From Candidatus Saccharimonadota bacterium (GTDB taxonomy: Bacteria; Patescibacteriota; Saccharimonadia; Saccharimonadales; Saccharimonadaceae), in contig JAQGGY010000020.1 in the NCBI GenBank assembly GCA_028289095.1, positions 1 through 50,460 on the forward strand: a DNA stretch of 50,460 nt. Direction: 5' to 3'. Of the stretch, positions 35,465 through 44,498 are shown piece after piece; the stretch's first letter is position 1, and the number at the start of each line of letters is the position of its first letter. Made by a program: the position numbers and the translations under genes. The notes beneath the pieces are model-generated. The model did no database searches. It was not told the origin of the DNA and was given only the letters and a program-made list of their open reading frames with translations.

Positions 35465-37144
35465 TTAGAGGTATTGGCCCGTAGTGTGTTCGACGGTGTC
35501 CATCGGCTTGATGGTGGGCGAAGAGCTATCCTTGTCCAGGATGCGTAGTACTGCATGTATGCGCTGACCTTTTTTGCCAGATATCCTAGCCCAGTCATGC
35601 GGATTTGTTGTATTTGGTAGATCTTCGTTTTCTTCAAACTCGGCATCGCAGGCGTTAATCAGATGCTGCAAGTGGATACCTTCTATGCCGGTGTCAATTT
35701 CGTCGAGTATAGAAGATTGTTTCGCGCGATCAACAATGTTTTGAATCATCGAACCCGAACTGAAATCCTTGAAGTAAAGATCTTCCTTGTCGCCTTTTTC
35801 GTAGGTCACTTCTATGAATTTGGTTCGCGATGACGTCGCATACATATGTTCGACGGTGCACTCGATCATCGATGTAATGCACGCTTGGCGATCACCACCA
35901 AACTCATCCAAGTACGATTTGTGAAGTGGCAGATCGGTGTTTAGATACTTAGCGAAGATATCGAGTGCGGCTGTTGCATCAGGACGCTCGATCTTTATTT
36001 TGATATCCAATCGTCCTGGCCGTAGAACGGCAGGGTCAATCAGCTCTTCACGATTTGACGCACCAATAACAATGACGTTAGACAAACCTTCGACGCCGTC
36101 TAGCTCTGTCAAAAGCTGAGGTACGATGGTTTTTTCCATGTCCGAACTGATTCCTGATCCACGGACGTGGAACATGGACTCCATTTCGTCAAAAAAGATA
36201 ACGACAGGGTGGCCCTCGCTACCTTTTTCGCGAGCACGCTGGAAAATCAAGCGGATATGCCGCTCGGTCTCGCCTACGTACTTATTCAGGAGCTCGGGCC
36301 CTTTCACGTTGATGAAATACGCTTTGGTGTCTGGATCGCCACTTTCGGCGGCTTTCTTTTTCGCAAGCGTACTAGCGATTGCTTTGGCGATCATTGTCTT
36401 GCCACAGCCTGGGGGTCCGTAAAGCAGTATGCCTTTTGGTGCCCGCAGCTGCATCTTTGCGTACATCTCAGGGCGCAGATACGGAAGCTCGACAGCGTCG
36501 CGTATTTTTTTCACTTGATTGGCAAGTCCGCCAATATCTTCGTAGCCGATATCGGGTGCTGCCTCGAGCATCAGGTCGTTCACTTCGGTCTTTGCTATGA
36601 CTTCAGTTGCGATGTTCAGTCGACTATTCACTACCAAAGAATCACCAGACTTAACTGATTTACTATCGATAGTACTTGTCAAAAGGACAACTCGTTCGTC
36701 ATCCGTATTGCCGGTAACGAGTGCACGGTTTGGCGACATAACTTCTTTGACAGTCATGATTTCGCCATGTTCTTCGAGGTTGAGTGCCTTGATGACGACC
36801 GATGAATCGTTGACCAACACTTGCTGTCCTGGTTGTAATTCGTTGACATCGATCGTTGGAAACACGCTGACGCGATGCAGCTGTCCACTCCTGCTGACAT
36901 CTACCATTTCTGGATCATCTGTCGTTCGCAGGAAATATGCGATTGCTGCTGGGCCCTTTGATTGGCTATCTAGGGCGGTTTTCATCGATACGATTGTGTC
37001 CCGCGCCTTTGTCAACATTTCCGTCTGATTGGCATTAATTCGAGCAAGGCTTTCATTTTTTTCATGCGCAATTTCCAGCTGTTTTGTAATCGGCAGGTGC
37101 CTGATATTTTCTGGCTGTTTTGTACTACCTTGTTCGTCACTCAT
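35465..37144 (-). CDS. mpa: Proteasome-associated AAA+ ATPase Mpa/ARC (coiled coil, OB domains, AAA module, C-terminal GQYL)
   Basis: 559 aa from ATG 37144 (GGAGG 8 nt upstream). Blocks: GPPGCGKTMIAKA, KGPELLNKYVGETERHIRLIFQRAREK, VIFFDEMES, VIVIGASNRE, LRPGRLDIKIKIERPD, NEDLPNTTNPHDWARISGKKG and the terminal TTGQYL. Confidence 0.92.
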   Translation of the reverse strand: MSDEQGSTKQPENIRHLPITKQLEIAHEKNESLARINANQTEMLTKARDTIVSMKTALDSQSKGPAAIAYFLRTTDDPEMVDVSRSGQLHRVSVFPTIDVNELQPGQQVLVNDSSVVIKALNLEEHGEIMTVKEVMSPNRALVTGNTDDERVVLLTSTIDSKSVKSGDSLVVNSRLNIATEVIAKTEVNDLMLEAAPDIGYEDIGGLANQVKKIRDAVELPYLRPEMYAKMQLRAPKGILLYGPPGCGKTMIAKAIASTLAKKKAAESGDPDTKAYFINVKGPELLNKYVGETERHIRLIFQRAREKGSEGHPVVIFFDEMESMFHVRGSGISSDMEKTIVPQLLTELDGVEGLSNVIVIGASNREELIDPAVLRPGRLDIKIKIERPDATAALDIFAKYLNTDLPLHKSYLDEFGGDRQACITSMIECTVEHMYATSSRTKFIEVTYEKGDKEDLYFKDFSSGSMIQNIVDRAKQSSILDEIDTGIEGIHLQHLINACDAEFEENEDLPNTTNPHDWARISGKKGQRIHAVLRILDKDSSSPTIKPMDTVEHTTGQYL

Positions 37145-37316
37145 TGGGGTTACCTCCAAAATGTAAAAGTACCACTCTTTTCCAAGAGTGGACATATGTG
37201 AATGATGCCACCTCATCGGATGATAGAGTTATGCGTATTTTAACATCAAAACTATGTTAATGCAAATGTACGACAGATAGAGCGCCACGCTATTTTCGTA
37301 TAGCGCATTCCTTTCA

Positions 37317-37637
37317 TTGAAGATGCACTATACTGGCAATATGAATTTAGATAACAAAAGTGTAGATATTGTAGAAGCTGTTTCAGGATTAGTGGATAGG
37401 TTAGCGAATAAGGGTGACGTCGACAGTTTAGTAATGATTTCACCGATACTAGTGAACTTGATTCTTAGTAATGCGGCAGATTCACGATCGAGTATCGTGC
37501 AATTGAATGAATATATAGGACTAGTAGTTAAAGCATTGCAGACTGGCGAATCTGTCGAAGTATTAAAAACGAATTCAAATGTCCGCCAGCTAATTGATGA
37601 AGATCTTCAGTTAAAGCTAGCAAACACCGCACAATAG
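37317..37637 (+). CDS. Hypothetical protein
   Basis: 106-aa ORF divergent from mpa. No motif and no clear RBS. The start may be the Met at 37341. Confidence 0.3.
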   Translation: MKMHYTGNMNLDNKSVDIVEAVSGLVDRLANKGDVDSLVMISPILVNLILSNAADSRSSIVQLNEYIGLVVKALQTGESVEVLKTNSNVRQLIDEDLQLKLANTAQ

Positions 37638-37798
37638 CACACAGTGTAGTTTAAAGCACTACAATATTAATTTTATCTTTTACTCAGTTAAAGCATAAGA
37701 AATAATAAAAATTGTAAGATATTTCACAATAATGCAATTTTATCTATGATGTGGGAATATAATGAAGGTATATTAACAATTCGATAAGGGGCAGCATC

Positions 37799-38038
37799 AT
37801 GAAGCGTTCTAGTGAATTTAGTCATTCTCGTCAAAATACCGTTGAATCTAATGTCGAGCCTATTAACCGTGATGAAGTGATGCTGCGACTCGCGGCTTTG
37901 GCGATGCAATATGAAACATTGCGATATGCAACTGCTGAAGGCGATGTCGAATCTATGCATGATTTAGCGAAAGTGCGTCGTGAAATGAGAATAGCACAAT
38001 TTAGCTTGGATTATGCGCCACTAGCGCAGGCTGCATAA
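37799..38038 (+). CDS. Hypothetical small protein
   Basis: 79-aa ORF, helical and charged. GGGGCAG upstream. No motif. Confidence 0.35.
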   Translation: MKRSSEFSHSRQNTVESNVEPINRDEVMLRLAALAMQYETLRYATAEGDVESMHDLAKVRREMRIAQFSLDYAPLAQAA

Positions 38039-38049
38039 TATAGTTTTTA

Positions 38050-39804
38050 TTATTCTTTAAGCCTCCTTTGTATTTCAGTGACCGCAGGTGTCGGTGCATA
38101 CCGTTCATCCCATAAAAAATCGTGACCATACGCGAGTGTCTGCGTGTCCGATTCTGACAGGTTGTATTTATCACTGACACCCCATGTTGTCCACGACATG
38201 CATGATGGTTCGTGGATACACATATTTAGGACGTCGGCATATTGTTTTGCTTGCGCTGCAGTGCCACTATCGTCATGGACATCCATTTCGGAAATATGTG
38301 ACATAATGCCGATTGTGGCTAGCGCACGGATATGTGATTGCAGAACCCAGGGATCAATTTCGTCATCAACTTCGTAAACGTGTCCTTCAAACCCAATTCC
38401 ATCAATCGGTACACCTTGTTTTTTTAATTTCGTCACTAGCGCTAGCATGTTATCCCATCGGTCGCCGTCTTCTTCTAATCCATAGTCGTTAATATATAAT
38501 TTTGCGTCTGGATCAGCCTGGCGGGCGGCATTAAATGCTGTGGCGATGTAATCTTCGCCCATTGCCTGGTACCATTTATGCGACCGTAATATTCCACCTT
38601 CGGAATCGTAATTTACCATTGGTTCATTGACGACATCCCATGCACCTACTCGACCCTTAAAATGACTGACAGTTTTTGTAATGTGATCTATCATAACTTG
38701 CTTTACTTTTTCTCTGTCGGTTGATGTTGCGGTTGGTAAATCCTGTACCCATTTCGGGTTACCTTCTGCAAAGACGAGAGTATGGCCTTGAACGCGCATA
38801 CTATTCTGTTTTGCAAGGGCGACTAATGCATCGGCTTCTTTAAAATCATACAGTTCGGGTTGCGGATGGATGAACTGCCACTTCAACGCATTTTCTGTAG
38901 TAATCATGCCAAAATTTCCACCATACGCAAGAGCATGATAATTATTATCACCGACCGATGGACCCAATGCCGTCGCGGCGCCAACCATAAATCCAGGGCG
39001 TTTAGATGTGGCCATTGATTGAAAAGCCGTGTCGCTGTTCGTACGTTGTATGCGTATATCTTGTGTATCAGTAACTTTAACCGTATTGGGTTGGGATGAA
39101 GTTGCGTCTAAGCGCGTCAGCGTCCAGCTGTCAGTCGGATTAACCGCACTTACACCGAACCAAATGTTCTTGGTAAAAACGTCGTCATATACGAGCGTTT
39201 GTATTTTTTTATTGTTAAACGATATTGTCAATTGGTTGCTACTTCGTTGTAATGTAAGGATGTTATCTGCCTGGGTCGTAACTGCATACGTCGATGAACT
39301 AATCGGCTTTTGCCTGCGTAAATTTTCATTTCGATATCCATTCCACCTAGATATAGTTAATGATGAATCTTTGATGCGGAAATCGATGCTTTTTGGCTCG
39401 ACACGGAATTCGTCCTGAATAATTGGAGGCGCCGCATATAGGCGGAATGACGCTTCGCCTTTGATGTCCTGTATAACGGCTGATAGAGTGTAGTCATTTG
39501 TCGCGGACAAGCGGGTGCCGTAAAGGTTAACTGGCGGGTTATTTTGACCAGGCGCACCATTTTGCTCGACGATAGAGCGACCAAGGTATGACACTCGTAC
39601 TCCATGTGGTGTCGGTGTGGCACCTGGTATGTAATCCCAACCAGATTGTAATAGGTTGACGGTGTTATTAGACGCCACAGATTCAGAGTAGGTAAGTTTA
39701 TTCATTAACCATATGCCCACAAGAAAGAGTAGAAGAATACTTCCTGTGATGATTGTTTTGTTGCGACTATATGTTCGCATACAGGTAGACGGTGTTAGTT
39801 CCAT
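38050..39804 (-). CDS. Glycoside hydrolase family 10 (endo-1,4-beta-xylanase-like) with N-terminal anchor and an unassigned ~260-aa beta-rich domain
   Basis: GHTLVF...NPKW, WDVVNEP (acid/base Glu) and HISEMDV (nucleophile Glu, ITELD-type). The N-terminus has a TM helix IITGSILLLFLVGIWLM. AGGAGG lies 7 nt before ATG 39804. Confidence 0.82.
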   Translation of the reverse strand: MELTPSTCMRTYSRNKTIITGSILLLFLVGIWLMNKLTYSESVASNNTVNLLQSGWDYIPGATPTPHGVRVSYLGRSIVEQNGAPGQNNPPVNLYGTRLSATNDYTLSAVIQDIKGEASFRLYAAPPIIQDEFRVEPKSIDFRIKDSSLTISRWNGYRNENLRRQKPISSSTYAVTTQADNILTLQRSSNQLTISFNNKKIQTLVYDDVFTKNIWFGVSAVNPTDSWTLTRLDATSSQPNTVKVTDTQDIRIQRTNSDTAFQSMATSKRPGFMVGAATALGPSVGDNNYHALAYGGNFGMITTENALKWQFIHPQPELYDFKEADALVALAKQNSMRVQGHTLVFAEGNPKWVQDLPTATSTDREKVKQVMIDHITKTVSHFKGRVGAWDVVNEPMVNYDSEGGILRSHKWYQAMGEDYIATAFNAARQADPDAKLYINDYGLEEDGDRWDNMLALVTKLKKQGVPIDGIGFEGHVYEVDDEIDPWVLQSHIRALATIGIMSHISEMDVHDDSGTAAQAKQYADVLNMCIHEPSCMSWTTWGVSDKYNLSESDTQTLAYGHDFLWDERYAPTPAVTEIQRRLKE

Positions 39805-39831
39805 TAAGATTCCTCCTGTATGATTACAAAA

Positions 39832-40482
39832 TTACGGATGAGTTTCGAGGTACTCTTCAAGCTGATTAAAATTACGTACGAGCATATAGTTATGATATAC
39901 CTCTAGGATTTTCATACGTTTCAAGGCACGAGCTTCTCGGCTGACTGTTTCGCGAGACAGGCCGGCACGCGACCCTAATTCTTTTTCGTTGACGTCAATA
40001 CGATACGTGCCGCTTTCATCAATCGTGCCGAATTCCTTACATTCACTAATGATGGCATAGATTAATCTGCTTTTAGCGTTGCTGGCGATATAGTGAACCA
40101 TGCGTTCCAGGACGCTATCCAGTGTCGTGTAAATATGAGATAGCAAGTCTAGGACTACTTTCGGATGCGTTTCAAGGAATGTACGCATATCATCTGTGGG
40201 TGCTTGGCGGATCGTGACGTCAGTGCTGGCTTCATAAATATATCGTGTTTGCGCAGAGTTGACAACGAATGATATAGGAAAAATTGCAGGTGGGATGCGG
40301 TTAGTGATAATAATTTCATCGCCTCGATACGATACATCATACACTTTAATTTTACCCTCAATAATCTGGTACGTGAATTCGACACGTTCACCAGGTAGTA
40401 TAAAAATATGACCCTTTTTATAATGCTTCAAGGGATAGTGATTGTAAAAAGTGCTAATTGCTTTCGTCGTAGAAGGTTTCAT
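39832..40482 (-). CDS. Crp/Fnr-family transcriptional regulator with CRP-type recognition helix
   Basis: 216 aa. N-terminal cNMP-binding-like beta-roll and C-terminal HTH LGSRAGLSRETVSREARALKRM. RETVSR aligns with E. coli CRP R180-E181-T-V-G-R185. It lies 27 nt upstream of the GH10 gene on the same strand. Confidence 0.82.
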   Translation of the reverse strand: MKPSTTKAISTFYNHYPLKHYKKGHIFILPGERVEFTYQIIEGKIKVYDVSYRGDEIIITNRIPPAIFPISFVVNSAQTRYIYEASTDVTIRQAPTDDMRTFLETHPKVVLDLLSHIYTTLDSVLERMVHYIASNAKSRLIYAIISECKEFGTIDESGTYRIDVNEKELGSRAGLSRETVSREARALKRMKILEVYHNYMLVRNFNQLEEYLETHP

Positions 40483-40555
40483 ACGGGGACCTATATCTTA
40501 TGGCTGATTTTATTTATGACCAAACCTTACATTACAACAATACACCTATTATGCT

Positions 40556-40571
40556 TGTGAGTAAAATCACA
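40556..40571. promoter_or_regulatory. Perfect CRP-type box TGTGA-N6-TCACA upstream of the crp-like gene
   Basis: TGTGAgtaaaaTCACA. On the minus strand it abuts a CATAAT -10-like hexamer (40553-40548). On the plus strand its centre lies about 58 nt upstream of the TSS predicted from TATAAT (40609-40614), which has no usable -35. Confidence 0.6.
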
Positions 40572-40660
40572 TTGTAGCATTGATAAAGATCACTCTTGGC
40601 GTACGTTCTATAATACGCACAAACGAAATTAACATGCTGTCGGGCAAAAGAAGGAGAGCT

Positions 40661-40783
40661 ATGGATATATGTCATTTCGGCTGCAATAGGCCCCGTATGA
40701 ATTTACAGGATGAGGTGGGCTTGAGGTTAGAGGGGGAGAGTATAAAAATAATAACGCCCCGGTGCAGGGGGCGTTATTATTAG
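40661..40783 (+). CDS. Candidate 40-aa Cys-containing peptide (or small RNA) divergent from crp
   Basis: GAAGGAGAG lies 4 nt before the ATG. The product is MDICHFGCNRPRMNLQDEVGLRLEGESIKIITPRCRGRYY*. The ORF ends inside the terminator hairpin, so the coding status is uncertain. Confidence 0.3.
   Translation: MDICHFGCNRPRMNLQDEVGLRLEGESIKIITPRCRGRYY
40747..40781. terminator. Bidirectional terminator
   Basis: AATAATAACGCCCC-loop-GGGGCGTTATTATT, between the small plus-strand unit and the convergent TM-helix gene. Confidence 0.75.
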
Positions 40784-40793
40784 TGGGTTACAC

Positions 40794-41531
40794 TTATGAA
40801 TGACGTTTTACACGATTCGCTTCGCGTTTTGTTACATCAGCTGCTTGGCTAGCTTCTTCTTTGATGCGGTCACTGTTGTTTCGGGCAGTGTCGACAGCTT
40901 GTTCCAGAAGTTCACGGGCAACATCGCGACCGCCTAGTCCAAAGGCGAGTGCAAGGCCAAGAGCTATCGCACCAACGATAGCAGTAAAGAGGATGTTAAC
41001 AATGTCTTTCGCAATACCAAGTTGGTTTAAAATCATAAAGACTGCAAGGCTCATTGCAATCGCAGGGATAACCGTTGCGATAATTTTAGCCAGTGCTGTA
41101 CGTCCCATGACGCGCATGACAAATTTTGCAGCACCTGCTGACACTGCGCTCGCAACCAAGAAAATGACTACAGCAGCAATAATACTTGGTACATAACTAT
41201 AAACCGAGCTTAATAGATCGTTCAAGACAGGCAGGTTCAGTGCAGAAACAGCAAGTGAAATCGCACCCACGAATACGAGCCAGAATCCTAATTGCCCACC
41301 TAGTCGAGAGGGGCTTTCAATTACTCGCGAAACAGTATTGCCCGCTGACGAGTTGTGGATTGCCCGGTCAAATCGCGCACGATTTAACGCTTTACGGATG
41401 ACTTTTTCTAATAATTTGGCAATCATATATCCTATGATTAGGATAACTATTGCTCCGATTAAATTTGGTAAAAAATCTATTATTCTACTGAGAATATTTT
41501 CGAATGATTGTTCGATATTATTATCGTTCAT
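40794..41531 (-). CDS. Conserved TM-helix repeat protein (mechanosensitive-channel-related family)
   Basis: 245 aa. Repeated helices of the type FLPNLIGAIVILIIGYMIAKLLEKVIRKAL / YVPSIIAAVVIFLVASAVS / ...AIVGAIALGLALAFGLGGRD are typical of the TM_helix repeat family. Confidence 0.6.
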   Translation of the reverse strand: MNDNNIEQSFENILSRIIDFLPNLIGAIVILIIGYMIAKLLEKVIRKALNRARFDRAIHNSSAGNTVSRVIESPSRLGGQLGFWLVFVGAISLAVSALNLPVLNDLLSSVYSYVPSIIAAVVIFLVASAVSAGAAKFVMRVMGRTALAKIIATVIPAIAMSLAVFMILNQLGIAKDIVNILFTAIVGAIALGLALAFGLGGRDVARELLEQAVDTARNNSDRIKEEASQAADVTKREANRVKRHS

Positions 41532-41652
41532 TATGCATTCCCCTCTGTTAATTTACTGTAATGCTATGGTAGCATGCTTAAAAAAAACTTGAAGTAAGAT
41601 TTTTCACAGTTGATAGTTACCTAGGAATAATGAGACGATTTAAGGGTGAGTA

Positions 41653-42561
41653 CTACTGTTTCCCGTCGATATTATGACCGCCGAATTTGCTACGCATAGC
41701 TGCTAGGAGCTTTGTGGCAAAATTAACCTCTCCTTTTTGCGAAGCAAGACGAACATCAAAACTTGCTTGAATAGCGGGCATCGGAATTCCTAGCTCATTT
41801 GCTGTTTCCAATGTCCAACGTGCTTCGCCTGACTCGGCAACAACGCCACTAATGTTATCTAGCGTAGGATTTTCGTGTAATGCTTGGCGTGTCAAATCAT
41901 TTAGCCAAGATGTTACCACACTACTTTGTTGCCAAATGTCACCTGCTTTTGCAAGATCAATATCAGGGTAGGGGCCTTCTTTTAGTATGCGATATCCCTC
42001 CGCGAGGCTTTGCATCATGCCGTATTCAATTGCATTATGAACCATTTTGACATAGTGGCCTGTGCCGCTTGGACCAAAATGCTGGTGGCCTCCGCGTGGT
42101 ATGGCGAGTGTTTCAAGAGCGGGGATAAAACGTTGATATGCAGCTGCGTCGCCGCCGACCATCATCGAAAAGCCGTTTTCATATCCCCATACGCCACCGC
42201 TAGTGCCGATATCAAGTAATGTACTGCCACTGGCGGTGACACGGTCGGCACGGGCCTTGTCTCCACGATAATCGCTATTGCCTCCATCGATAACGATACT
42301 GCCAACAGGGAGTATCTCTAACCAACTTGTTAGCTCGGCTTCTATGACATCAGCGGGAATCATAATCCATAGTACGATAGGCTCGCCATGAAACGCAGAT
42401 ATAACATCGTGTTTTTCATAGGCTGATGTTGCGCCGTAGCTGGCTGCTTCGTCAACTGGGCCGCGACTACGGTTATGAGCAACCACATCATGGCCACCTT
42501 CGACAAGTTTTTGTGCGATCTGACCGCCCATTCGTCCCAATCCTGATATCGCAATTTTCAT
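41653..42561 (-). CDS. gnd: 6-phosphogluconate dehydrogenase, short (YqeC/Gnd-like, decarboxylating) form
   Basis: MKIAISGLGRMGGQIAQKL (Rossmann), DGGNS.Y, GTSGG.WG and GHYVKMVHNAIEYG.MQ are 6PGDH blocks. 302 aa. Confidence 0.85.
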   Translation of the reverse strand: MKIAISGLGRMGGQIAQKLVEGGHDVVAHNRSRGPVDEAASYGATSAYEKHDVISAFHGEPIVLWIMIPADVIEAELTSWLEILPVGSIVIDGGNSDYRGDKARADRVTASGSTLLDIGTSGGVWGYENGFSMMVGGDAAAYQRFIPALETLAIPRGGHQHFGPSGTGHYVKMVHNAIEYGMMQSLAEGYRILKEGPYPDIDLAKAGDIWQQSSVVTSWLNDLTRQALHENPTLDNISGVVAESGEARWTLETANELGIPMPAIQASFDVRLASQKGEVNFATKLLAAMRSKFGGHNIDGKQ

Positions 42562-43227
42562 TTAAAGCTCCTTATTGTCTGTATATAATGTACATACCGA
42601 CACGGTTTTTAGAGTTTGTGCTGGCTGTTCACTTGCGTCGACGGTCTCGTGTAAAAGCCGTCGGAGAGTATCGGATTTATCACTACCAGTTGCCTGCAAG
42701 ACTACCTCGTCAATCTGACTAATAGTGAATGGGGTAATTGTTATTCGTTCAAAATCCTCACCTGTATAGCAATCTGCCCACGCCGTCGTGTTTACCGCTG
42801 CAGAGTGCGGTTTAATGCCGGCTGTATGGCCGTCACTACCAATGCCGAAAAGACCGATTTTATAATCCGCAGACATCATCTGTTGCATTATCCATGCGCC
42901 AAAAGCATCTGACGTTGCGACTCTATCCGCGTCGATCAGCGTACGGTAGACATTTGCGCCGGGGAGTGTGAACCCACCGTCGAGTAGTTGTTGCCAGTTC
43001 TCATCTTCGTGTCCGACTGGTCCATAGCGTTCATCAGTCAAGGTGACTGATAGGTTTGTTAGATCTGTCCTTTGCAGCTGTCGGGCGGCTGCTAGCACGA
43101 CACGAATACCTGATCCGCCAGATAAAAACCATAAAACCTTTTTGCCCGCAGCTAAGTTATCTTTGATTGCATGCACCAAATGATCCGCAGCTGTTTTAAC
43201 TGGATCTTCGCTGTATATATAATCCAT
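42562..43227 (-). CDS. pgl: 6-phosphogluconolactonase (glucosamine-6-P isomerase/6PGL family)
   Basis: FLSGGSG, VTLTDERYGP, FGIGSDGHTAGI and VLQATGSDK. GAAGGAGGG lies 4 nt before ATG 43227. The stop abuts the gnd start. Confidence 0.75.
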   Translation of the reverse strand: MDYIYSEDPVKTAADHLVHAIKDNLAAGKKVLWFLSGGSGIRVVLAAARQLQRTDLTNLSVTLTDERYGPVGHEDENWQQLLDGGFTLPGANVYRTLIDADRVATSDAFGAWIMQQMMSADYKIGLFGIGSDGHTAGIKPHSAAVNTTAWADCYTGEDFERITITPFTISQIDEVVLQATGSDKSDTLRRLLHETVDASEQPAQTLKTVSVCTLYTDNKEL

Positions 43228-43326
43228 ATGCCCTCCTTCATCATGTACCGTGTGTTTACTTTGTAATACTAAGTATATACCAGTCATATGCCAGAATTTA
43301 TTAAGCTAGGTAATGAAGGTAGGGGA

Positions 43327-43608
43327 TTATCGCTGATCGATGTGTTCACGCGCTAGTGTTGCTATACGGCGCAGTTTACTTTGCGCAATCATAATGCCGG
43401 TTGTTACTAAACTGGCATACACTAACCCGGCCATGCATGTTCGCAGCATCTCGGCAGGGTTTAATATTGTCAAATAGATGCCACTGGCAAGTGTCGCACC
43501 GACAAGTAGATAACTGGTAATTAACTTGTTTTTAGACGGGCTGACCAGGAGTGTCGTCGTCACTGCGACGCTAGATAATGCGATAAAAATATGAAGGATA
43601 AGAATCAT
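43327..43608 (-). CDS. Small membrane protein downstream of cyoE
   Basis: 93 aa from ATG 43608 with three hydrophobic helices. No clear RBS. The longer ORF-track version overlaps cyoE. Confidence 0.35.
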   Translation of the reverse strand: MILILHIFIALSSVAVTTTLLVSPSKNKLITSYLLVGATLASGIYLTILNPAEMLRTCMAGLVYASLVTTGIMIAQSKLRRIATLAREHIDQR

Positions 43609-43631
43609 GTATATATTGTACCATATCAAGG

Positions 43632-44498
43632 TTAGGGTAATATCGGTCCGATTGATAACATGATGCACAATGCAAGTATAATGATCATCGAAAAGCGAAA
43701 TACTCGCCGTGCCCATGCGTCATCGTCAGTCGCAGAAAATCCTTTAATCGACAGCCATAGCCAGTATAATCCTAGGCTCGCCATAATCACGAAGTAGGTA
43801 TAGCCGACATAGCTAAAAAAGGTTAGTAGTAGCGTAGAAACGACGAATACAGCCATGTATAGTAAGATTTCGATCTTTGTGCGCCGCACGCCTTTTATGA
43901 CGGGTAGCACGGGGATGTGCGCGGCTTTATATTCTTTTGACCGATAAATAGCAATCGAATAAAATTCAGGGAATTGCCATGCGAATAGAATGATAAAGAC
44001 AAGTACGGCGCCAATATCGATAGTGCCGCTCGCTGCACAATAGCCGGCAATGATAGGAATTGCTCCAGATATGCTGCCGACTAACGTTCCGTGGATGGAA
44101 AGCCGTTTGGATAGCATGCCGTAGAAGACGACATAGGTAACAAATCCGATCAGTCCAAGTATCACGACGAGCGTATTGGTATATAACATCAGGATAGCGA
44201 CACCGACGAGACCCAGAATGATAGAAAAAATGACCGCTCTGTATCCTTTAACTTCACCCGATACTAGCACGCGTTTTTTTGTGCGGTCCATGATTGCGTC
44301 GATGTCTTGGTCGAGGTAGTTATTAATTACACATGCCGATGCAATAATCATGCTCGAACCTATAAAAACTGCTATAAATAAGGCAATGTCAATATTGCCT
44401 TGGGCGGCTAAAAAATATCCAGCCGCGACAGTTAACGCATTGCCATATAGCACACCTGGCTTGGTGAGTGAGTAGTATCGTCTGATAGATTCGAGCAT
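43632..44498 (-). CDS. cyoE: Protoheme IX farnesyltransferase (heme O synthase)
   Basis: UbiA-family blocks NNYLDQDID..M.RT..R and multi-TM topology. The start overlaps the cyoD stop (TAATG). Confidence 0.9.
   Translation of the reverse strand: MLESIRRYYSLTKPGVLYGNALTVAAGYFLAAQGNIDIALFIAVFIGSSMIIASACVINNYLDQDIDAIMDRTKKRVLVSGEVKGYRAVIFSIILGLVGVAILMLYTNTLVVILGLIGFVTYVVFYGMLSKRLSIHGTLVGSISGAIPIIAGYCAASGTIDIGAVLVFIILFAWQFPEFYSIAIYRSKEYKAAHIPVLPVIKGVRRTKIEILLYMAVFVVSTLLLTFFSYVGYTYFVIMASLGLYWLWLSIKGFSATDDDAWARRVFRFSMIIILALCIMLSIGPILP

Noticed and set aside
35937-37028. Plus-strand ORFs (36167..36658, 36597..37028 and others) inside the mpa locus
   Set aside because: They are antisense to a gene whose product matches Mpa/ARC end to end, and they have no independent signals.
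37317-38038. The small ORFs next to mpa as candidate Pup
   Set aside because: Pup is ~60-70 aa and ends in GGQ or GGE. These ORFs end in ...NTAQ and ...AQAA, have no Pup-like acidic helix, and are on the opposite strand.
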